64,000 nucleotides of DNA from Antedon mediterranea (taxonomy: Eukaryota; Animalia; Echinodermata): contig NC_092679.1 in the NCBI RefSeq assembly GCF_964355755.1, positions 4,432,201 to 4,496,200 of the forward strand, given 5' to 3'. Below, piece after piece: positions 26,341-35,900 of the stretch. Every line of letters starts with the position of its first letter. The first letter of the stretch is position 1. The translations under genes were made by a program, and so were the position numbers. The notes under the pieces were generated by a model. The model had not been told where the DNA came from. It searched no databases and was given only the letters and a program-made list of their open reading frames with translations.

Positions 26341-26689
26341 TCAATCATTCAATCACCTAAGTCAATCAATCAGTTAATCGCCTAAGTCAATCAATCAATC
26401 AGTCAATCGCCGAAGTCAATCAATCAATCAATCAATCAATCAGTCAATCGCCTAAGTCAATCAACCAAGTCAATCGACCCTTTTATTTTTTGACATAAAT
26501 AGTTACTATAGCATCATAAACATGCGCAGAGTCGAATCAATCGCCTAAGTCAGTCAGTCGACTAAGTCAGTCAGTCAATCGCCTAAGTCAGTCAGTCAAT
26601 CGCCTAAGTCAGTCAGTCAATCGCCTAAGTCAGTCAATCAATCGCCTAAGTCAGTCAATCAATCGCCTAAGTCAGTCAAACAATCGCCT
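26341..26689. repeat. Short TCAA-rich outlier of the satellite on the far side of the LINE
   Basis: TCAATCGCCTAAG cores separated by (TCAA)n and (TCAG)n. Interrupted at ~26474-26537 by a piece of the neighbouring hairpin repeat. Confidence 0.9.
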
Positions 26690-27310
26690 TTTGCTATTTT
26701 CGAAAATGTGCCATTTTTCGACCCTTTTATTTTGTGATATAAATAGTTACTATAGCATAATAAACATGCGCAAAGGCGAATATTAGGTTCTGCGCATGTC
26801 AATTATGCTATAGTAACCAGTTTTATCAGAAAATAAAAAGGTCGAAATTTTGCTATTTTTCGACAAAATCCCTGAACTAGTACACGAAAATTTTCGAAAA
26901 ATTTCCATTTTTCGACCCTTTTATTTTATGATATAACTAGTTACTATAGCATAATAAACATGCGCAGAGGCAAATATTAGGATCTGCGCATGTCAATTAT
27001 GCTATAGTACGTTATAATCATCTTATAGACGTATAGTAACCATTTATGTCAAAAAATAAAAAGGTCGAAATTTGACTATTTCTTTAATCTCTGTATTATA
27101 GTACAGGGATTTTTTCAAAAATTAGTCAAATTTCGACCTTTTTAAAATACTGTTAATATTAATAATACTGTATTGTTATATATGCGCATATATTGCGTTA
27201 TAATCATCTTATAGAAGTATAGTAACCATTTATGTCAAAAAAATAATATTATTATAATTATATAGTAACCAGTTAATTCAAAAAGTAAAACGGTCAAAAT
27301 TTTGCCATTT
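26690..27310. repeat. Array of alternating inverted arms (foldback-like, ~194-bp period)
   Basis: The arm CGACCCTTTTATTT..GTTACTATAGCATAAT..ACATGCGCA and its reverse complement TGCGCATGT..ATTATGCTATAGTAAC..AAAATAAAAAGGTCG recur at 26719 and 26913. A second hairpin AAGGTCGAAATTTGACTA...TAGTCAAATTTCGACCTT lies at ~27060-27141. Confidence 0.8.
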
Positions 27311-28089
27311 TAAAAAAAAAAAATTTCCCTATGAAAAACGCCAGACATAAAAAAAGTGATTATACAATAGCAATTTTATTATAATAATTTCTATCATATT
27401 ACAATTATACACTCATAAAAAATAAAAGTTTAGTCATTTGTTTTTGTGTATACAAAACTCACATAACCTACAATTAACACGTAAGTAATATGTGATATAA
27501 ACAAAATATGTTTGCATGTTCTGTGTGTGTAGATTTTGGTTACAAGATAAAAGGTTTTTTCTTTTACTCACACATTTCAGCCTGTCATGGAAATGCCGAA
27601 ACTATACTATACAATGATGAACGATAAAAAAAGAGCCATATATATGGCTCTGGATACAAATGTTATCTAGCGCCCTCTCCTATCTGAAGAAAAACTTATT
27701 GTCCAATCAGTGTCAACGACGAATGAACTGTTTACAAATTTCCAATTCTTTTTACTTGTTGCAAAGATAGTGTAGTGTCATCATCATTATAACTTCATTA
27801 AATCTGTATATCGCGCTTTAAGAAAGGGCTTTTTGAAACTCGTGTTTGTGTTAAATACTAGTTAACGATTGCATTAATATTACATTTGACATCATAAATC
27901 ATGATGCTTAGTATTCACGATTCAAGAATAGAAGTAAGTTCCTCTTGTTGTTGGGTGTATATTATGAATATGATTTTATTTAGCCATAGGAAATAAATAT
28001 TTTCTAATAAAATTTTTTAATTTATTTTACATTTTTAGCCTAAATAAACTTGATTAAAGCCTATTTTATGTAGAAACACCCAATAGATA

Positions 28090-28285
28090 GGGAGGCCTAG
28101 CCTAGCAGTAGCTATCTAATAGTAATACTAATAATATAGGCTAGGCCTAGGCTAGCCTAGTAAGGCTAGTAGGCCTAGGCCTAGGCTAGTAGTAGTAGTA
28201 GGCTAGTACAGTGTAGGTAGGGCCTAGTAGGCAAAGCCTACCCCTAGCTAGGCGAGGCAAGGGCCTAAAGTAGGCTACTCTAGCC
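28090..28285. repeat. TAGGCCTA/CTAG-rich low-complexity tract
   Basis: Dense AGGCCTAG, CTAGGCTAG and TAGTAG words; weaker echo at 28555-28660. Confidence 0.7.
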
Positions 28286-30769
28286 TTTAACTTAAATAAT
28301 ATTAAGAATATAATAATATTAATTATAACAGGCCTACACAATTAATTATTGATAGTAATTGGGTTTTTTTGCCTCTTTCATTTTGTATATAACTGAATCA
28401 TCTTTTTATACATTATGATTTACTGTATTATATCTCTAAAAAAAAAATATATTTATTTATAAAATATCAGAAATTATAATGTTTTTTTACTCAAATATGA
28501 ATGAAAGAAATAAATGTTTATTTGAATTTGAATTTGAAAGTGTTATTAATACTACTAGCCTCAGATAGGCCTAGGTCCTCCTCCTTTGTTTGGCCCTAGC
28601 CTAGACCTATTTAATAGAGGCCCATATTTAGCCTACTACTAATATCTAACCTAGGTTATACGATACTAATTTACTACGGTATCTAAACTAAAGCAGATGT
28701 ATCTATGCTTAGTCATTATTGTGTCATTTAAATTTTCATTTTGCGACACATTTCTTCATGGCATGGAACACACGAGGGTATGTTGTTTTGATCTTTAATT
28801 TTCGCGCGAAAGCAGATTATAACAATGACATGCGTACAGCACGCGCAGTAGATGCGCTTCCTAAAAGTACGTATATTTTTTAATGTATACAGCATGCAGG
28901 TTATTGACGCCCATTTCAAACACATACTTTGCTTTGAAAGAATGCAGTTTTTGGATAGGTCGCCTCATGTAGTTATTTATTTATCATGGGAAATAAACGC
29001 CTTTTAACTTTATGAATGGAGTATTGTTATTATTATACCCGCTTTATTAATGTAATTGTTTACATGTCAACAAAAATGTAATCAGTTCAATCACTCACGT
29101 ACCACGCCTTGACACGAAACAGGCGTTGCGGCTTCATTAATCTTCTTGTTTAATTGTTGTAGGCCTACGCCTGTATTCGTTTTCTTTTCTTTTTTCGTAT
29201 TCCCTTCAATTTATTAATATTATTATATAGCTATAGAGAAACATTTCATTTAATTTTTTTTTATACTGTAGCAATATATTGCTAATCTAACTGATGTTTG
29301 AGTCGAGAATAGTTTTGTAAATTGTATTGTAATTTTTGCTACAATTTAGAAATATGTAGCAATATTACTATAATAAGTTGTTTTGTATAGCTTTTTGCTT
29401 TTTTGCTAAACTGGCGAAATTATTATTCCTTGTAATTAAATCAGTTATTATTATTATAATAATATAGTAACAACAAAATCACACACACGTACACAAATGC
29501 TCTTTCTTTTGTCGAAGTGCCGTATCATGAGACTTTTGGCGATCATGTGTTGTGCCACAATTCTCTGTCTATTGCCATATTCAGCAACTCCACTTCTTTG
29601 GTATTCTCACCTCTATTCCGAATTCATTCAGCTATGCTGGCCAACACAAATGCTACATATTCATAAAATGAACACTAATATGAATAGCTAGGCTGGTAAT
29701 AATATTTTTCGTATTTAGATTTTTTCAAATCAACCTTATGATTTTATCATTAATTTTTTTTATAAAAAATTTGGCAAATAGCCAATATGTAACCAACACA
29801 GAAGTGGGTACCTATATAGATGAGTTTACGGAATATTATTACTAATACTAGGCCTACTTACTTCTTAATTAGTATTATAACTGCTAAATAGTGTGGCTAT
29901 TGACAGGTAGTACATCATTTCGATTCAGTAGAAGAAGTCCTGTGAAACAGGGCTTAGACAAGAAGAAAAACACACCCTAAACTGCTGCTAAATATAAGCA
30001 CCATCTAGCTACTACACTACTAAATTATATTTATATTTGTTCCCTAAAACTTCCAGAAGTCTTGTACAACATATAAAATCAATATAAAATATAAACATAC
30101 TGTATTTCAAAATGGCAATAATATTAATATAAATATAATTTCATTTCCATAAAAACTCTATGTACAACGTTTTTATTATAGCGCCACCAATAGTCCAGTG
30201 ATCAAACACTGTATCACGTTTTATTTATCAAATATAAAAACCGTATCGTAAAAATAGAGGCTTCTCAGTTCGAACCAAATTGAATGTATAGTATTTATTA
30301 CATCAATAAGATTTAAACAAAATGTGGAGGATAATAAACAGGAAAATATTAATAACTTTGACTATGTAAATTACAATTTTTGTTGCCCTCCAATCCAATT
30401 CAAATTAGTCAAATTTAGAGGTCCTGCCAATATAAATATGTTTTAACACTACGACCAACTCCTGTACCACTTGTATTGTGTTCTACTGTGTATTGAATTT
30501 CAATCAGCCTACACACACGACATTTTTGTCATTTCAAAATATAGCATTTCGAAATTATTATTTATAAATTGGACAGTTAATTAATACCTCTATGGACTGG
30601 ATATGTATGTAGTGTATGAATTGAAAGTGGTTATAAACTAAATAGGTGAAATAGAAAAAAATATATATCAATAAAAATTAATAATAAAGCCGAAAGGGTA
30701 GTTAATAATCTTTTACATCGTGTGTCCAGTCCGCTGTAAGGTGTAAAAAAAAAAAATCCATTGATTATT

Positions 30770-31000
30770 TCTGTGACGTAGAGTAAACGCGCCATGGAAA
30801 ACTCCCGTCCGTGTAAACAAACTCCCAAACTTCCGAGACGATAAGACCCCGATTGTTGATTGGCGTATTGCTATATTCACATAGCTCCGCCCACAGGATC
30901 ACTGTATTGTGCACAGAGGGCATCTCTCAACTCACCACCCGGAATAGCACATGCTAGTTGTTTAAAGCCGTTTTACATCGTGGTTTCGAAATCAGTAATT
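30770..31000 (+). promoter_or_regulatory. Putative core/proximal promoter of the TIS11/ZFP36 gene
   Basis: CRE-like TGACGTA 30774, forkhead GTAAACA 30813, reverse CCAAT (ATTGG) 30859, GC box CTCCGCCCA 30885, TATA-like TTTAAAG 30961 and Inr-like TCAGT 30992 (~30 bp apart), ~60 bp upstream of the ATG. Confidence 0.6.
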
Positions 31001-31052
31001 TGTAGGATTTCGTACGGAATAGAGGCTCTAAATTTTTTTAAACAGTAAAACC

Positions 31053-31100
31053 ATGTCCACCGCTATGGTGTCGCCTCTCTTCGATGGAGATATTCTTAAG
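31053..31100 (+). CDS. ZFP36L1: TIS11/ZFP36-family gene, coding exon 1 (MSTAMVSPLFDGDILK)
   Basis: AAACCATG start context. The peptide resembles the vertebrate ZFP36L1/L2 N-terminus (MTTTLVSATIFD..LCK). It ends AAG|GTATTT (phase-0 donor), the same position as the family's single intron. Missed by the ORF track. Confidence 0.88.
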
Positions 31101-33063
31101 GTATTTATCATTGACTTTTCTTTTTCTCTCTGCTTCATTGAGATACCAGCTTTTTTTGTATATTTATTTACAGTTAATTTTCAAGACGTTCACAACTTGT
31201 TTGACCTGCTCTCTTAACGTAATTAAACTAAATCACTCGTTGCTTTAATAATAACATAATTTTCTTACAACGTTCATTGATAAATTATTTAAGTTTTAAA
31301 ACAATCAAATCGAATCAAATCCACTTGTTGATTTTATTATCGTATTTACGGCTGCTTTGTGTAGTATAGTCTTTTAGTTAGTAGCACCGGTAGAACAATC
31401 GACTTTATTATGTACCTCGTGTCTATAGGCCTATATGCATGTGTAATAATAATTGAATATTAATATTTCAAATGGATTTAACAAACGACTGTATTCTGTA
31501 TGCTCAAAGCATGTAACCAAATAGGCATGTTGTTTGTCTCACAACATTTTATCTAATTTAAAAGTTTGTGTCCTACCTATTCACTCTACTATAGTATATA
31601 GCGTTCCTTCTCCATCCCCTTTAATAATATAGTTAAGTTCCAACAGCATGTTCAATCTATGTTCGTATTTCGTAAACTTTGATTTTACTAATAAATGTTT
31701 ATGACGCCTATATTAATATCAACTGAAACTTGGTCAAATTTATAATGAGTCTTAACTCTCTTGAATGTAGTGTACTAGTATTATTATCATCTGTACTACA
31801 GCATCGTTTAACCAGTTAGTTTCTCTTTCAAACTAATCAACTTGGAACACTGCTATAAAAACGTGCTGGAACGGTTTCAATAAGCGTTGTGCAAACTGTG
31901 CAAAGGAAACTACCCTTTCCTGTGCTCATAAATAAACGTCTACAAACATCAGTAGCTTAAGTATAAATTTCGAAATGCTATATTTGTTTGTTCGAACTAT
32001 GAAATATTAATTTGGAAATGTTAGTGTTTAACCAATTTGATTCTTGAAATCATACAAAAATACGATGTTTCCTTCTAGTAAGAATAATAGAATTGTAACA
32101 CATACAGTGTATAATATTTATACCTATTGAATTACAGTAATAGTAACTTCTATTGACATTTAATTTCTATCTAAAAGTTTTAGTAAAACCATGTGCTATT
32201 TTGGCATTAGTAAGTACTGTATATTGCATAGTACGCTGTGATTCTCCTGTACTGTAATATCAATTGCGTTCGCGCTGTATACAGTACATATTTTTTGGGA
32301 AAAATATCCGCTTTCTGGCTAAACTGCATTGTTTTTGTGTGATGTAGTGTAAAATCTAAAAAGAACTTGAGCTGTTCCTTGAAATCTGAGTGCTACCTCA
32401 CGAAAGCGGATTAAACAACCTGTTAACAATACAGTTGTTAACACCTCGTGTTGAGGCATGTACAACAATCGATTGTACTAAATTGCTAAACCACTTTCTG
32501 GAGCAATTATTATTAGATAATTGTTTAACTCATTTACAGATTACAGTCTATGAGATTTAGAAAAAAAAAATCATTGTACAGTTTAAAATGGTTTATAGTA
32601 CTACTAAGTCTAATATAGCGATTTATTTCACTGCTGAACACTACAGTGTGTGTACAATGGGCATGAATGCGTTAGTTGAAAAAATATAGGTTTAGTTTTA
32701 GTTAGGAAATCCTGTACCGTGGCCTCTCGAAACTTTGGTATTGTTAACCCTGTGCAAACACTTGAAGAACGTCCGCTGAGAGATCGTGCTTGTTTAACCG
32801 TTTGTCGAGAACCCGTCTATTCATGTTTAATCATTGTACGGTTGTTAAAACTTTGCTTTTCAATTCATCCAGACAGTATAACAATGGTAGTTCTTCATGT
32901 GCTGTTAAACTGTTTGCTTTCAGTTACGCTTCAATGATCTGGCTACATTTTAAACAACCTTTAAAACGCCGTTTCCTTGTTAGATCTGAAACGCAACAAG
33001 TAATTACCAAATAACTGTAATGATATAATATTTATAATCTTTGTTTTTTCTTCTCTTTTACAG
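31101..33063 (+). other. Phase-0 GT-AG intron of the TIS11/ZFP36 gene (1963 bp)
   Basis: GT at 31101; polypyrimidine tract 33039-33059; CAG at 33061-33063 (tandem CAGCAG). Confidence 0.85.
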
Positions 33064-34299
33064 CAGCTTCCAGGGGATCGCAAAGCCGTTGGTACCCCTC
33101 TTGGAATCACTCGAAGACATTCCACTAATTCGACGACAATGAACGTCGGTCGAAGTAGCAATCCTTTCTTCAACTCGGACTCAGGAATCTTTTATAATAA
33201 TAAAGAAAACCATTACACATCATCTGCTGTAATTACCAGTAACAACGTCAGCCGGGACCGTGCACTAAGCGAGAGCGCAAATCTTCAGTCTTCACACCAA
33301 CAACAACGCAATCAAACAACCAACGCTCATGTCAATCGCTTCAAAACCGAGATTTGTCGTGCCTACGAGGAGACCGGTGCCTGTAAATACGGAGAAAAAT
33401 GTCAATTTACCCATCTCCCACGCACTATTCAACAACAACCACAGCCAACCAACTCAAGCAGATATAAAACCGAACTCTGTCGACCTTTCGAGGAAAATGG
33501 CGCCTGCAAATATGGCGACAAATGCCAATTTGCTCACGGATTTCACGAATTGCGCAACTTACAAAGACATCCAAAATACAAGACCGAACTCTGTCGCACA
33601 TTCCATACTGTAGGATTTTGCCCTTACGGTCCAAGATGTCATTTTATTCACAACCCTGAAGAGAAACGGTCGTCTGCTCCTGGACCGTCAAACAAGGCCA
33701 TCGACCGAGCTATTGAACGACCAAAATCCCTGCACCTTAACTCCGGAGCTTTAGGATCAACCGGTGATTTAACGCCACCACATAGCTTGAACGACAGCCC
33801 GAATCCAATGTCTCCAGAAACACCACTCTTTAGCGAAGATGTTCTGTTGGCAGCTTTGAATCATGTGAACTCTAACGCAGGAGCGTTTAATTTCGTTCAG
33901 GATCTCAACCCGATGATCTCTCCCAACATGCCTCTATCACCTCAAGTCCCACAAAGCCCGTTCATGTATAACTTAAACTCGCCATTCGCCGCCTTTACAC
34001 ATCAGCTTACCATCAGTAGCGATATCCCTGAACCTCCAGGTTTCTCCAGACTCGACAGTACCAGTGTGTTTTTCCCAGATGAGCCTACGACTGTCACGGG
34101 ATACCGACCACCATCTCCACCAGATTCCCTGTCAGACCCAGAGAGTCTTTGCGGCGATTTTGCTGCTCCTGGCTCACCAGTGTTGACACCAAACTCCGCC
34201 TGTAGTCCCGGTGCTGCAGGACGTCTGCCGATTTTTCGAGGTATTTCAGTTGACGCAACAAGCGACCAGATTTTGAGAACGGTCCTTGGTGCTGACTGA
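33064..34299 (+). CDS. ZFP36L1: TIS11/ZFP36 (tristetraprolin family) mRNA-decay activator, coding exon 2; three CCCH fingers; full protein about 427 aa
   Basis: In frame upstream of the ORF-track Met: QLPGDRKAVGTP..RRHS (conserved ZFP36L1 motifs). Also RDRALSES, the tandem RYKTELC-x8-C-x5-C-x3-H / KYKTELC fingers with an 18-aa linker, PPSPPDSLSD, and the CNOT1-binding RLPIFRGIS at 34222. The symbol denotes the closest family member; this is probably a single invertebrate co-ortholog of ZFP36/L1/L2. Confidence 0.97.
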   Translation, partial: QLPGDRKAVGTPLGITRRHSTNSTTMNVGRSSNPFFNSDSGIFYNNKENHYTSSAVITSNNVSRDRALSESANLQSSHQQQRNQTTNAHVNRFKTEICRAYEETGACKYGEKCQFTHLPRTIQQQPQPTNSSRYKTELCRPFEENGACKYGDKCQFAHGFHELRNLQRHPKYKTELCRTFHTVGFCPYGPRCHFIHNPEEKRSSAPGPSNKAIDRAIERPKSLHLNSGALGSTGDLTPPHSLNDSPNPMSPETPLFSEDVLLAALNHVNSNAGAFNFVQDLNPMISPNMPLSPQVPQSPFMYNLNSPFAAFTHQLTISSDIPEPPGFSRLDSTSVFFPDEPTTVTGYRPPSPPDSLSDPESLCGDFAAPGSPVLTPNSACSPGAAGRLPIFRGISVDATSDQILRTVLGAD

Positions 34300-35210
34300 A
34301 CCCCCACAAGGAGATGTCCCTTGCTAAAAAACATTCATGGTATCGAAAATAGAAACGATAATTTCATTACCTAAAGTAATATTTTGTTTATTGTTGATTG
34401 TAATCATTATATAAATAGCTGAAGATATTATTGTTCTTAATATTATTAATGTAAATGAATGGTATTATGTAATATGTTCCCGCTACTAGAGACACTCGTC
34501 AGAGTGCCTTTGCTGTACTACTCGTCCCATGTTTTCCAGAAATAATATTAATTATTAACTATTTATTATGTTACGGGACGTATAGTTGAGGCTGTATTGT
34601 ACGTACAAGTATATATTTATGTTTTATCGTAATTTTATATTATTATATCAGTGTTGCTGTGAATTTAATCTCGGTTCAGTTATAAATTTAGCTGATTGTC
34701 CAAATAGTGTTCCTTGTAAAAGCTAACGTTGACCATTAAAAATGCAGAGCATTATTAATTGAATATTTTACAGACGTCTCCCGTTGTTAAAGAAGATAGT
34801 ATATTTAAGTTATTTATTTCTCATGAATATTCATTATGAGTATACTTTTGTTTTTAATATTTATCAATATGATCAGAGAATATTGTTGTATTTACTGACT
34901 GTAAACAATAATAATAATATTATGTATTGTAATTTGGTAAAACTTGTGCTCTATTGTATTAGTACATTAATTATATAGTTTTGATTTAGTATGATATTTA
35001 AAAAAAAAGTTAATAAATATATCCACCGCATTCTCTTTCCGAATTTAAGTTATTGTGTAAATCGTATGTAAATATTAAACGGATTTGAACTTCTTGTTAA
35101 GAGAAGTATTCATATCCCGTATGCTATCCTAATACTGTACTTGTTATTAACTATTATCTTATTGATGTGTGTGTTTGGATAAATGTATAAATGTATATAA
35201 AATTACTTGA
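34300..35210 (+). promoter_or_regulatory. AU-rich 3' UTR with ARE, Pumilio-type and miRNA-seed elements (3' end uncertain)
   Basis: TTATTTATT nonamer 34810-34818; TATTTAT near 34560, 34614 and 34858; TGTAAATA 35067 and TGTATATA 35192; GTGCCTT 34504; candidate AATAAA 35012. Confidence 0.65.
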
Positions 35211-35776
35211 AAACAGTTCTAAAAATCTGTTTTTACGATAAAAAGTATCAGTGAAGTGCAAACAAAGACATTTTTAAAAAATATTTTCGTCAATTTACTT
35301 AAATTATTTTCTATTCTATTATTTTATTTACTTAAATGTTGTGGTGACTTCGTGGATGTGTTGCGTTTTATGTACGCTTAAAGAACAACTCTAAGGGTGT
35401 TAATTAAACATGTTAAAATTTGGGATGTATAGGCCTACAGCCGAAATGTCCCATCGTTAAAAAACTATGCAGATTTCAAGTACTCAATTTTAGTGCCTTT
35501 GTATGTATTGCATTTATATGACAAGTAATTGTTAAATAAACATTTACCAAATCATTTTAAACAACGAATATCAATATTTTATAATTTGTATCTTCTGATT
35601 ATGACAACGTTTTGCCAATTATGTATTTTAATAAGAGTTGGTTACTGTTCAAAACTATGCAAAATAGATGTTTTTACAAATTTCATTATTGAGTTCTACT
35701 TTTATTGAAATGATTGATTAATTATATTATATATTTTAAAACCAACCAAATCGAGTTCAAAGTTTATGCGATCTTC

Positions 35777-35900
35777 CATACAACTACGAAACTGTCTGTT
35801 ATCAGATCGGTCCAATTATCGATCGTTATTCGATTCGGGCCGTTCCGTTATCGGACCGTTTCGTAGTATCGGATCGTTCCGTTTTCGGATCCGTATGGGT
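35777..35900. mobile_element. Degenerate MITE/inverted-repeat remnant
   Basis: CCATAC..ACTACGAAACTGTCTG versus CGGACCGTTTCGTAGT..GTATGG; CpG-rich island in AT-rich DNA. Confidence 0.45.

Larger units (their letters stand above)
25644..26348 (+). mobile_element. 5'-truncated non-LTR retrotransposon (L2/CR1 group, Crack/Daphne-like): ORF2 C-terminus + 3' UTR + TCAA-type tail
   Basis: ORF2 C-terminal motifs are present (next feature). The 3' UTR ends in CACGAAC...CAATCAATATTGATTG hairpin...CTCGTG, AATAAA at 26326-26331, then TCAATCAT. Flanked by 13-bp near-identical repeats TCAATTGCCTAAG (25631-25643) and TCAATCACCTAAG (26349-26361). Confidence 0.85.

Noticed and set aside
33139-33141. ORF-track Met as the true start of the zinc-finger protein
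   Set aside because: Conserved DRKAVGTP/RRHS motifs lie in frame upstream, and a matching exon 1 exists at 31053.
33329-34334. Overlapping alternative-frame and antisense ORFs in exon 2
   Set aside because: Shadows of a higher-GC coding exon; no recognisable motifs.
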